This document shows positions 1 through 12,567 of a stretch of DNA of 64,000 nucleotides, in pieces (the stretch's first letter is position 1; each line of letters begins with the position of its first letter). The notes beneath the pieces were generated by a model. That model was not told the origin of the DNA, searched no databases, and saw only the letters and a list, made by a program, of their open reading frames with translations. Made by a program: the position numbers and the translations under genes. Source of the DNA: Macrostomum hystrix (Eukaryota; Animalia; Platyhelminthes); contig CATNEN010000007.1 of assembly GCA_950097015.1 (NCBI GenBank), forward strand, positions 434,001 to 498,000, given 5' to 3'.

Positions 1-2684
1 TGTCGGTACCGACAACGGCGGACTCGTTGGGCCTGATGGCGAAGCTGAACGAAATACGATGGTCGTCGCTGGTGGCATTTGGTTTGTAGAAGACTATAAA
101 TAAACGTGGGTGAGAACTAAATAAAGTAATACTGCACAAGTGCCAAAGTACGTAAGCACTTAATTAGCCATGCACATAAAGACCCTAGTAACTCGCCTTT
201 GTTAGTAAATAAGGTTGACGTGAAGGACAGCGTGGACCTGTAAAAGTTGGAGGTCGATGCCTTCTGCTTGGACAGGGAAAACTGGTAGGGCCAGCTGCTG
301 CGCGGAATGCAGCTGTATCCCTCGCCGCTGCTCAGGGTCGAGTAGATGCCGCAAACTGACAGTATTTCGGTGTCGTTCAACGGTCCAAAGATGTCCAGAG
401 TGAAGTTGGTGTACAGATAAGGCACAGTGAAGTCCAAGTTGAAGCTGCTGACGATGCCAGGGTAGATGTCCGAGCCGCCGGAAATGTTGATGGACGGTGT
501 AGCTTTCGCAGTGGTAAAATCCGACCTATCCGTGTTGGCCTGTTTCAGGAGTTTTAGTAATTTTTTGTTAGAGTTCATTAGTTCTAGTTCAGAGTTCTTT
601 ACACAATCAAGCCCCAGGTCATCGTCTTGTGCGTCTAACAACCTCATTCATTCATCGAAGCGGCCTCACCAAGAATGACGTCTGGCCAATCCAGATGACG
701 CTCTCGTTGTTGTACTCCGCTCCGGCTGACACCCAGTATTCAGAGTTGTTGGCAACAAAGTTGTTGTACAGGAAGATGGCTTCATAGGACACGCTGATCG
801 TAAAGTCCCCGTCATTATAAGAGCCAGAGGAGGGCAGGCTGACTGTGCCGAAAGGCAGGGCAACGCGCACGTAGGGCCAGGTGCTGGTGTTGCTTTTGCC
901 TTCGTAAACAGCGTTCGCCATGACGGTGCTGCGGTTCAGGTTCAGCTTGCTTCCAACACTCACAATCTGGACGTCGCAGATCATGATGACAGCTACTGTC
1001 TCATTGTCTGGCGAGAAGATCTCCATGTTCATGGTCGTGTCGCCCTGGTTTTATTGGAATTTTCGTGTCAATCTTCTTATCATACAACAGACTATATAAT
1101 TGCTATAGAATAGGTCAAGGTATCTTTACTTACGACCGGGAATTGGATGTCCACGCGGAAGGTCAGTTTCTCGCCCATCTTCAGGTGAGTCACGCTGCTT
1201 TTCGGGTAAGTTTGCGAGTAGTTAAAAGTCACATTGCTTGGCGGTGTTGCAGCAGCCTGAGAATTGAGTCACCGGGAAAAACTGTGAATTGAACCTGCCA
1301 CTGGTCACAGGTGGATCAATTTTATCAGTAAAAGCTTGCCCACTGCTCACCCTGCGCTGTCGAGACTTCACTTCCTCTACGCTCACGGACACCTCCGTCA
1401 CGGTTGAGCCTGAAGCGGCAAACTGACCCGGGTTCGAAGCCCGCACGCGAACTCGATACTCGCCAATGGCCAGGCCTGTCGACTTCGCCACAGTCACAAC
1501 GCCGCTGCTGGGATCCACGGAGAACAGTCCCTGCGCGCTGTCGGCTGGCTCCAGACCATAGACTATTGTGGAGTGCTCGCTGGCTGGGCTCATGACAATG
1601 TCCGGATCGTGAGCGTGGACGGTGACGACGTAGGCACCAAGGGCGGCTCCCTCGGGCAGGCTGGCCGAGTATCGGTCTGAGTCGAACTTGGGTAGAGAGT
1701 TGTCTGCGGGGGCGAGCGGGATCGTATGTGCAATGCATTTAATGACCGGAGGGCTGTGGGCACTGGCAAATACAGTTGGTGACAGTATAGATCTGCAGCC
1801 AGCAAGAGGCACTGCTGCTCATTCCGCTGACTCTTGAGCATACACGCACAGGTGTGCCCTGACTTTCTCATCATCAGGTAGTGTACATTTTCTCTGTGCC
1901 TTGGGCCCTTTCTTTGGGCCCTCTAGTATGTGAATTGCGCAGGCTCAAAAGCCTTCTCTCCGCGGCAGTGCATCGGAGAATTATCGCGGCCTCTTCGCGG
2001 AATCGAGCTCAGGGATATTGGCGCGAGACGAAACGCGTTAGACCACTCTGCCACTCGGTGAGTGGATTAGTAAAAAAACAAGTGGTTACAGTTCTTTGGC
2101 TACTGCGAGTGCAGCTATACCACCATTTCAGAACGAAATATACGAAAATATTATGATATTCAAACTTTTCTTGAATAAAACTTTTCGCAAGCAAATTTTC
2201 ATCGAAAGTTTGGAACTCACCGAGCTGATCGCAGCGCGATCCCTTGAAGCCAGGCTTGCACTCGCATTTCGTAGGCGTTTCACATTTACCGTTGATGCAG
2301 GAGCTAAAAATAAGAAAGACCTCAAATACGCAAGAGTCTGTGACGAGTGCTGAGTTAACACTTTAGCTCATTCTCTTATTCAGCTCTCTGAAAGCTAAGC
2401 TCGTAATAACTCTCATCTATCGCTACTAGATTTTGACAGGATAATTGTTCTACATTTTGTCACCAGTTCTCGAAAAACGAATGTGGGCATATGAAATACC
2501 CCCGTACCCCTACTGTCCATATGTCCTTCCTCACTATCATTATAAAACTCTAATTTTCTATATGAGCTCATTGACTTTAACAATGATCGGGAGAAACTTA
2601 CGCCTCATTGCAGGGCTGCAGGGTGAAGGCGAACGACAAGGTTTTGAGGCACAGCAGTGCCACCAGCAGAAGTTGTGTATGCAT
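1..2684 (-). CDS. Secreted/cell-surface protein: signal peptide + EGF domain + one cadherin repeat + tandem uncharacterised beta-rich domains (gene continues beyond window start)
   Basis: Phase-compatible exons: 2684-2602 (MHTQLLLVALLCLKTLSFAFTLQPCNEA, signal peptide), 2303-2221 (SCINGKCETPTKCECKPGFKGSRCDQL, EGF Cys spacing), 1703-1351 (DNSLPKF...VTVHAHDPD...YGL...FSVDPSSGVVTV...YRVRVRASN, cadherin motifs), 1044-670, 539-197, 93-<1. All introns are GT-AG except 196-94 (GC-AG). Confidence 0.85.
1817..2058 (-). mobile_element. tRNA-derived SINE family A, diverged copy
   Basis: Reverse complement shows an A box (GTGGCAGAGTGG) and a B-box-like GAGCTCGATTCC, and the body aligns by eye to the copy at 17557-17924. 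It lies in the intron between the EGF and cadherin exons. Confidence 0.8.
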
Positions 2685-3552
2685 CAGTCCAAATACCACT
2701 TTGACGTTCTATTCTCGAAGGATTTCAGCTTCGCTGATCTGGTGGCTGGGACTGGCGGGTAGGGGATTAAAACCGAGGATCGATCGAGAGTTTTATAGCG
2801 GGCTCTTGGAGGGGAGGGGACAGGTGAGGCAGGCCTCGCCGCATTGTTGGCTCCCGAGCTCTAGCGGACAGTGATACACTCACCGGCTGGGATTGGAGCC
2901 TGGGGACAGAATTGGGAAGAGGGGGAGGGGGAGTGGGAGAGGGGTCTGGGAATCTTGGCTGACATGGGGAATTGTTTGCCGGGAAGTGGAGAGGCCGGGA
3001 AGTTCAGGTGGGGCGGGCCGCTAGCCAACTTATTTTTATCTCAACCAGCCCCAGCGCCAGCTGAATGAGCGGGCAGAGAGGAAAACAACAGTGCCCGGTT
3101 GTCAAGGCGACGGAAACTACACAAGAAGCAGCAATTGCAGGAGGGAAGAGTTGGGACAGAAGAGCTGGCAGTTCGGAGCTATCTGCCAGCCCCACTCGAG
3201 GATTATATTCTTCTTTTATCCGGGCCCGGGAACAATGGGTCCCGCTGGCGCTGGCACCGTGGGAGCCTTTCAAGGCGCTAGCCAGTGTTACCGGGAGGCG
3301 AAATTCAAGTAATAGAGGCCTCAGACAAGACAACGCAATAGGAGTTTTCCCCATCCTTTTTCACACTCCACCAAATGGCGAATTTCGTTTCAGAAATACC
3401 TTTGTGTGCTTTTTGCCAACTGGTAACTGCTTACCTTCGGGTAATTTCTGCCATCTTTTTTAACGGCCCGCTTAATAAAGGCCTGTCTGTGTATCACCCT
3501 ACCCGTCTGTATTGTCCTTTCCTGTCCCTTATTAATGATTCCCTTCTGCGGT

Positions 3553-4927
3553 TTCCCCTTCCACTAACTCAATAATCCCGTTCACTAACTCAATAATCCC
3601 TTTCACTAGCTCAATAATCCATTTCCCTAGCTCAATAATCCATTTCACTAGCTCAATAATCCCTTCCACTAGCTCAATAATCCCTTTCACTAGCTCAATA
3701 ATCCCTTTCACTAGCTCAATAATCCCTTTCACTAGCTCAATAATCCCTTTCACTAGCTCAATAATCCCTTTCACTAGCTCAATAGTCCATTCTATTAGCT
3801 CAATAATCCCTTTCACTAGCCCAATAATCCCTTCCACTAGCTCAATAATCCCTTTCACTAGCTCAATAATCCCTTTCACTAGCTCAATAATCCCTTTCAC
3901 TAGCTCAATAGTCCATTCTATTAGCTCAATAATCCCTTTCACTAGCCCAATAATCCCTTTCACTAGCTCAATAATCCCTTTCACTAGCTCAATAATCCCT
4001 TTCACTAGCTCAATAATCCCTTTCACTAGCTCAATAATCCATTTCCCTAGCTCAATAATCCATTTCACTAGCTCAATAATCCCTTCCACTAGCTCAATAA
4101 TCCCTTTCACTAGCTCAATAATCCCTTTCACTAGCTCAATAATCCCTTTCACTAGCTCAATAGTCCATTCTATTAGCTCAATAATCCCTTTCACTAGCCC
4201 AATAATCCCTTCCACTAGCTCAATAATCCCTTTCACTAGCTCAATAATCCCTTTCACTAGCTCAATAATCCCTTTCACTAGCTCAATAGTCCCTTTCACT
4301 AGCTCAATAATCCCTTTCACTAGCTCAATAGTCCATTCTATTAGCTCAATAATCCCTTTCACTAGCTCAATAATCCCTTTCACTAGCTCAATAATCCCTT
4401 TCACTAGCTCAATAATCCCTTTCACTAGCTCAATAATCCCTTTCACTAGCTCAATAGTCCATTCTATTAGCTCAATAATCCCTTTCACTAGCCCAATAAT
4501 CCCTTCCACTAGCTCAATAATCCCTTTCACTAGCTCAATAATCCCTTTCACTAGCTCAATAATCCCTTTCACTAGCTCAATAGTCCATTCTATTAGCTCA
4601 ATAATCCCTTTCACTAGCCCAATAATCCCTTTCACTAGCTCAATAATCCCTTTCACTAGCTCAATAATCCCTTTCACTAGCTCAATAGTCCATTCTATTA
4701 GCTCAATAATCCCTTTCACTAGCTCAATAATCCCTTCCACTAGCTCAATAATCCCTTTCACTAGCTCAATAATCCCTTCCACTAGCTCAATAATCCCTTT
4801 CACTAGCTCAATAATCCCTTTCACTAGCTCAATAATCCCTTTCACTAGCTCAATAGTCCATTCTATTAGCTCAATAATCCCTTTCACTAGCCCAATAATC
4901 CCTTTCACTAGCTCAATAATCCCTTTC
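3553..4927. repeat. 21-bp minisatellite (TCCCTTTCACTAGCTCAATAA)n, about 65 units
   Basis: Direct tandem repeat with a few recurring variant units. The minus-strand frame reads (VKGIIEL)n. Confidence 0.97.
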
Positions 4928-5942
4928 TCATGCTAAAAAATACTCTACACTAGTTTCACTAGGTAAAAAAATCCTTTCACAAATTCAATAATCCCTATCA
5001 TTTTTCCAAGAATCCCCATCACACTCCCTCACAATGACACCAGCAGCCCATGAGTCAGTCAAAACTCGTGACGAACTTGCACACAGCACGAACTCGACCG
5101 CGTACCACACGCCACGCAGTGGTATAAAATTCGCATTCACAAATATTCAATGCTCACGGACTGCAGATTCGCCGGTTGTTAAAAAGCTCGATCATGGATC
5201 TGAAAATGAGACAATGAAAGGGCCGGATCCCGGTTGGGAAATTCTTTGCAGACTGCAGGTGGATGTGGAGTGCAGGTGAGCCTGCTGTTGCCATAGCAAC
5301 GCCTCTGCTGCTCCGGAGGCAGCGAGCCCGAAACACGACACAATAGGGGGCCAAAACAATGTAAAATCCAGCGTGTCTTCCCTAAATAGCCTGCAACAGC
5401 AGCAGCTGCAACAGCAGCAGCAGCAGCAGCAGCTAGTATGATCGCGCAAATAAAATACGAAAAAAACTGTGGATAGAATAACAATCGTGACTTCCTCCCC
5501 CCTAGCTGCATTTCCTGGCAGAAGGAATTAAACTTCTTTTAATTTCTATCGTTTTTAGGCCCACAAAAGCAAGCTGTCAGTCAGCGAGCGATTTAGATGC
5601 AGACGGGAGGCTGAATTTCATCGAGGCGTTTCATGTTGTCAAGATCTATTCTGTGACAGACATTGATGATGCACTCGGGCTCGGGCGTGCTGCTAGCATG
5701 CATCACGAGAAAGCATCGATTTCTCATTGCGGAGAGCTAAAACAAAAGTGAGCCAGTTTAATTTGTGAAGATTTAAGGAAGCACTTTTAAATGGTGACTG
5801 GAGAGCAACGATGCTCCCCAAATATTTATTTTTTGCTATTCTTTATAATTCTGGGTAGTTATTTACTATCCTAACACTATTAAAGACCTGAAGTCATTCT
5901 CTAGCCTGAAGTTTACAAACCGGAAGTAAAATATCTTTCGTC

Positions 5943-8900
5943 AAGTGATTCTCTAGCTTGAATTTGACAATGCTGAAGTGATTCTCTAGCTTGAATTCAA
6001 CAATGCTGAAGTGATTCTCTAGCTTATATTTAACAATGCTGAAGTGATTCTCTAACTTGAATTCAACAATGCTGAAGTGATTCTCTAACTTGAATTTAAC
6101 AGTGCTGAAGTGATTCTCTAGCTTATATTTAACAATGCTGAAGTGATTCTCTAACTTGAATTTAACAATGCTGAAGTGATTCTCTAGCTTGAATTTAACA
6201 ATGCTGAAGTGATTCTCTAGCTTGAATTTAACAATGCTGAAGTGATTCTCTAGCTTATATTTAACAATGCTGAAGTGATTCTCTAGCTTGAATTTAACAA
6301 TGCTGAAGTGATTCTCTAGCTTATATTTAACAATGCTGAAGTGATTCTCTAGCTTGAATTTGACAATGCTGAAGTGATTCTCTAGCTTATATTTAACAAT
6401 GCTGAAGTGATTCTCTAGCTTGAATTTAACAATGCTGAAGTGATTCTCTAGCTTGAATTTGACAATGCTGAAGTGATTCTCTAACTTGAATTTAACAATG
6501 CTGAAGTGATTCTCTAACTTGAATTTGACAATGCTGAAGTGATTCTCTAGCTTGAATTTAACAATGCTGAAGTGATTCTCTAACTTGAATTTAACAATGC
6601 TGAAGTGATTCTCTAGCTTGAATTTGACAATGCTGAAGTGATTCTCTAGCTTGAATTTGACAATGCTGAAGTGATTCTCTAACTTGAATTCAACAATGCT
6701 GAAGTGATTCTCTAGCTTATATTTAACAATGCTGAAGTGATTCTCTAACTTGAATTCAACAATGCTGAAGTGATTCTCTAACTTGAATTTAACAGTGCTG
6801 AAGTGATTCTCTAGCTTATATTTAACAATGCTGAAGTGATTCTCTAACTTGAATTTAACAATGCTGAAGTGATTCTCTAGCTTGAATTTAACAATGCTGA
6901 AGTGATTCTCTAGCTTGAATTTAACAATGCTGAAGTGATTCTCTAGCTTATATTTAACAATGCTGAAGTGATTCTCTAGCTTATATTTAACAATGCTGAA
7001 GTGATTCTCTAGCTTATATTTAACAATGCTGAAGTGATTCTCTAGCTTGAATTTGACAATGCTGAAGTGATTCTCTAGCTTATATTTAACAATGCTGAAG
7101 TGATTCTCTAGCTTGAATTTAACAATGCTGAAGTGATTCTCTAGCTTGAATTTGACAATGCTGAAGTGATTCTCTAACTTGAATTTGACAATGCTGAAGT
7201 GATTCTCTAGCTTGAATTTAACAATGCTGAAGTGATTCTCTAGCTTGAATTTAACAATGCTGAAGTGATTCTCTAGCTTGAATTTGACAATGCTGAAGTG
7301 ATTCTCTAGCTTGAATTTGACAATGCTGAAGTGATTCTCTAACTTGAATTCAACAATGCTGAAGTGATTCTCTAGCTTGAATTTGACAATGCTGAAGTGA
7401 TTCTCTAGCTTATATTTGACAATGCTGAAGTGATTCTCTAGCTTGAATTCAACAATGCTGAAGTGATTCTCAAACTTGAATTTGACAATGCTGAAGTGAT
7501 TCTCTAACTTGAATTTAACAATGCTGAAGTGATTCTCTAGCTTGAATTGAACAATGCTGAATTGATTCTCTAGCTTATATTTAACAATGCTGAAGTGATT
7601 CTCTAGCTTGAATTTGACAATGCTGAAGTGATTCTCTAGCTTGAATTTGACAATGCTGAAGTGATTCTCTAACTTGAATTCAACAATGCTGAAGTGATTC
7701 TCTAGCTTGAATTTAACAATGCTGAAGTGATTCTCTAGCTTGAATTTGACAATGCTGAAGTGATTCTCTAGCTTGAATTTGACAATGCTGAAGTGATTCT
7801 CTAACTTGAATTTAACAATGCTGAAGTGATTCTCTAGCTTGAATTTAACAATGCTGAAGTGATTCTCTAACTTGAATTTGACAATGCTGAAGTGATTCTC
7901 TAGCTTGAATTTGACAATGCTGAAGTGATTCTCTAACTTGAATTTAACAATGCTGAAGTGATTCTCTACCTTGAATTTAACAATGCTGAAGTGATTCTCT
8001 AGCTTATATTTAACAATGCTGAAGTGATTCTCTAGCTTGAATTTGACAATGCTGAAGTGATTCTCTAGCTTGAATTTGACAATGCTGAAGTGATTCTCTA
8101 GCTTGAATTTGACAATGCTGAAGTGATTCTCTAGCTTGAATTTGACAATGCTGAAGTGATTCTCTAGCTTGAATTTAACAATGCTGAAGTGATTCTCTAG
8201 CTTGAATTTGACAATGCTGAAGTGATTCTCTAACTTGAATTCAACAATGCTGAAGTGATTCTCTAGCTTGAATTCAACAATGCTGAAGTGATTCTCTAAC
8301 TTGAATTTAACAATGCTGAAGTGATTCTCTAGCTTGAATTTAACAATGCTGAAGTGATTCTCTAACTTGAATTTAACAATGCTGAAGTGATTCTCTAACT
8401 TGAATTCAACAATGCTGAAGTGATTCTCTAGCTTGAATTTGACAATGCTGAAGTGATTCTCTAGCTTGAATTTGACAATGCTGAAGTGATTCTCTAGCTT
8501 GAATTTGACAATGCTGAAGTGATTCTCTAACTTGAATTCAACAATGCTGAAGTGATTCTCTAGCTTGAATTTGACAATGCTGAAGTGATTCTCTAACTTG
8601 AATTTAACAATGCTGAAGTGATTCTCTAACTTGAATTTGACAATGCTGAAGTGATTCTCTAACTTGAATTTAACAATGCTGAAGTGATTCTCTAGCTTGA
8701 ATTTAACAATGCTGAAGTGATTCTCTAGCTTGAATTTGACAATGCTGAAGTGATTCTCTAACTTGAATTTAACAATGCTGAAGTGATTCTCTAGCTTGAA
8801 TTTAACAATGCTGAAGTGATTCTCTAGCTTATATTTAACAATGCTGAAGTGATTCTCTAGCTTATATTTAACAATGCTGAAGTGATTCTCTAGCTTGAAT

Positions 8901-9348
8901 TTGACAATGCTGAAGTGATTCTCTAGCTTGAATTTAACAATGCTGAAGTGATTCTCTAACTTGAATTTGACAATGCTGAAGTGATTCTCTAGCTTGAATT
9001 TGACAATGCTGAAGTGATTCTCTAGCTTGAATTTGACAATGCTGAAGTGATTCTCTAACTTGAATTTAACAATGCTGAAGTGATTCTCTAACTTGAATTT
9101 AACAATGCTGAAGTGATTCTCTAGCTTGAATTTGACAATGCTGAAGTGATTCTCTAGCTTATATTTAACAATGCTGAAGTGATTCTCTAGCTTATATTTA
9201 ACAATGCTGAAGTGATTCTCTAACTTGAATTTGACAATGCTGAAGTGATTCTCTAGCTTATATTTAACAATGCTGAAGTGATTCTCTAACTTGAATTTGA
9301 CAATGCTGAAGTGATTCTCTAGCTTGAATTTGACAATGCTGAAGTGAT
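5943..9348. repeat. 33-bp minisatellite (GCTGAAGTGATTCTCTAGCTTGAATTTAACAAT)n, about 103 units
   Basis: Positions 5972 to 9338 span exactly 102 x 33 bp. Variation is confined to a few recurrent sites, and there are no unique spacers. Confidence 0.98.
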
Positions 9349-9650
9349 GAAGATGATCGTCATGTTACGGTCACTAAGATTAGTGGTCTTGAGCTCAGGC
9401 GGCAGGCAAGCAAAGCTTTGATAAACACAAGAGTTGCCAAAGCCAAGCCACAATAGTCTATGGCAAAGAGACCGCGTTCAAATCCAGCTTCCCGAGAGAG
9501 CTAAAATAATTTATAGCGAGCGCAACTTGGTCAAAATGTCTGCGTCCTGGAAAAGAAAATGATGAATCAGCAATCTGGCATTGCGTCCAAGCAGCAACAC
9601 GGTATCGACACCTCGCTCTCGAGGGCATGAGGCCCGACTGCCAGGCCGCA

Positions 9651-10234
9651 TGGAGCAATATCAGCAGCTGCAGGCGCTGCGAATAATCAGACGCAGAATT
9701 CTGGACCTTGACTTGACTGTCGCGCGTAGCCTCAACGATGTTGTCGAACGACGACAACTCACCGACGACCTCTGCGCTAACGACGTTCACGCTATTGTCA
9801 ACACCTTCGACAATGTGGTGGCGGACTATTTCAGCCCGGACCGTTGGCGGCCGCTGCGGGACGCTCTGGGTTCGTCAGACTGGCCCGAGCATGAGTGGCG
9901 ACTAGCGGTTGAGCGAGTAGACCAGGCCATCGCCAGCATCGCCAATCGGCGCCGGGCTGTTCGCCGCAGCGACTTGCTGTTCGAGAAAATTGTCCTGGAC
10001 GAGCTGGGTCTGCGCTGTCATCTAATTCGGCGAGCCATCGGAGGCGAGGCCGGTGGAGCGCGCGAACTGATCGAAGAGATAGATTACTATCGACAAATTC
10101 AGCTCACCGATCAGCGGCAGCGTCTGTACCCGCAGCAGAATCAACAAGCGCATTCTGCAGCATCAGCAACCACAGCGGCAGTCAGATTCAACGCCAAAGT
10201 CAACGTCAAGGAGTTCAACACGACTCTTCCCTAA
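9651..10234 (+). CDS. Intronless orphan helical protein, about 194 aa from the first ATG (ORF open from 9581)
   Basis: GC-rich, coding-like ORF (MEQYQQLQALRIIRRRILDLDL...KEFNTTLP) in AT-rich surroundings. No motif recognised. Confidence 0.55.
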
Positions 10235-11641
10235 ACGGTTTGCCAAGAATTCTTCTCCGCCTCAAACCGGACGGTAGAAGTCCGAATTATTTTTTTTGAC
10301 AACTTCGTCAATGATTTTTCTGCCCACGCTCTTTTTAATTAAAACTGCATCGGCTCTTTTTCCATATTTGTTCCTTGTGACGCAACTAAAACTCTGCGTT
10401 GGACGAAAAAGATAATACGGAAGCACAATTTCGCTTTTACCAAATTGACAAACTGACTTGTTAGCTGCGTTATTCACTGCCTAGAGCAACACATTCCAGT
10501 GAAACTTGTCACAGCACAACTGGAGCTTAACACTTGTCTTATAAACTGTCTGCCTCCTCGCCCTAGCTGCCATTCTCCAGCTGTAGCTGACTCTGCAGAC
10601 TGTACTATTGGCCTGATGCTGAAGGCAAGAACGCAGGCACAGTGGGTTAAAAAACAAGTTGTTTGCTCAGCTAAAAAAACTGGGAAGGATGGAGGCAAAG
10701 AATAGCTGTTTCCCAAGCTAATCCCGTGTTTTCCTGCAGAACGCTGCTCAAACTTTGAGCAGTCGCGTGAGCCGGCATAATAGGGTCAGGCGACTCAAGC
10801 GCTCAGGCCTGGAAAAGCACGGAGGAGCCAAAATAATTATAAATGTGAAAGCAGTTTTTTAAAAATTATTATTATGCGTAGCAAACTAAATGTTTTTTTA
10901 TCACGGTAATTTTATTTAATTTGATTTAACGTAGTGACAAAGAAGGTAATTATCTAATCAAAGAAATGTAATAATGTACATATTAGGTCAGGAGCGCGAG
11001 TCTACTCATAGTAAAGCAGAAAAGCTGACGTAACTGTACGAGTACCAGTGAATCCGTTGCAGCTTGCTAATGCGGGATAAACTTAATCATCGGTGGTTTT
11101 AAAATCCTAACAAAAGCTGTTGAACAGGTGATAAAAACACAAAGTTATTTACATTGCGTTAAGCAGGAGTGCCGCAAATATAAATACCAGTTAATGCCAC
11201 TGCAGGTGAGTGTATAAAAAAGAAGCAATATGAAATAACTACCTAAAAACTTGCGTTAACAAATCAATATGCTGCAACTACTAGTAAAATAATTATAAAG
11301 CTGTAAAATACAAAAGAATACTACAATCAGTATTGAAATATAAACAAAGCGGTGAATTTAGCTGGAGTAGGAGGCAATAAGATTTATACAAACAAGTCCT
11401 ACTGGGATTTGAATAGCTGCAGAATTAGCTAGAGTAAATACTGTAAGCCAAGCTTAGTGAACTGACGATGCCTATGTGGCTATGGGATAACTGAATCTCA
11501 AACTCTGCAGGGCTAACTTTATCGCGAGATTCTCAGGATCTTGTTGGCTGGGATAGCAAGAGCTTTACAGACAATAGTGATTTTCGAGATGGATAGAAAT
11601 TACAGCAACCTAGCCCAGTTGGGTCAGGTGTACAGCCTTAA

Positions 11642-12109
11642 CAGTAGAAATACCATGCACGGGGGTATTTCAACAGCCCACATTCTCTTTTTCTGTATCA
11701 CTAAAAACATTTAACCAGAACATTGGCTAAAATTTTCCTCTCTATCCTATGCCACAACTTCCAGAATCACAAAACACCGGCATCGTCCAGATATTCAACG
11801 ATATTCTCGTCAATGTGTCTGGTGGTACAAACAACAAATTCAGGCAAAATTTTTCTGCTCACAAAATTTCATCATGCAACCATGTCAGCTATCATTGTTG
11901 CCGATTTTGGATAATTTAAATTGTAATTATTTTCATTTTTGAACTACGAGCTAAATATGGATTCGCCATAGAGGTTCATGTAAAGCAATTTTAGTTGCCC
12001 TTGTCACCAGGGTCTTCGAGGTTTGGGAGCTGTCGTGAAGCAGGCAGTGGGTATTTGAAATGCCCCGTGGTCCTTCCCCAGGAGGGAAAATAACGTGGTG
12101 TTTCTACTG
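11642..12109. mobile_element. Non-autonomous DNA transposon (MITE) flanked by TTAA
   Basis: Ends read TTAA|CAGTAGAAA ... TTTCTACTG|TTAA. The internal sequence matches 43979-45681 (inverted) and 47090-47270. Confidence 0.8.
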
Positions 12110-12567
12110 TTAAAAAAGACCGCATACAGCCCATGTTCAGTCCATGGACTGAAACCCAATGAAATCTCTATTCTCAATTCATTAATTGATTCCATTGATC
12201 TTATAATCTTACATTCCATACACTTATGAGCCAACTGATTAAGCATAGAAAAAGCGAATCGAAATTCAAATAATTGGTAATTTTATTACACTTTCAAATA
12301 AAAGAAATAAATAAATATTGCATTAGCAATACACTAGCTAATAAACCGAATGATTTCAAACACACAAGAAAACTTTTCGGTAGAAAAAATGTGCATACTA
12401 AGTGAGTGAATGAGTGCGCAATTTGAGATTGCTGCTCTACATAGCAAATTGCTCCATGTATTATTAAATTTTTTTCTAAAAAAGTACATTTTAGCCTTTC
12501 TCCTTAAAAAGTGTACAGTTTTCGTTCTCTTCATCCCAACGTAAGTTGCCCCATTCCCTATACAACA

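Noticed and set aside
5034-5511. Signal-peptide-like poly-Ala ORF (5511-5179, minus) and a plus-strand exon-like segment ending at GTGAGC 5278
   Set aside because: These are driven by a CAG/GCT microsatellite. The cadherin-containing gene already has its own signal-peptide exon at 2684, and no consistent splice partner was found.
5943-9348. CRISPR array interpretation of the 33-bp repeat
   Set aside because: The units are head-to-tail with no unique spacers, no cas genes are present, and the context is eukaryotic.
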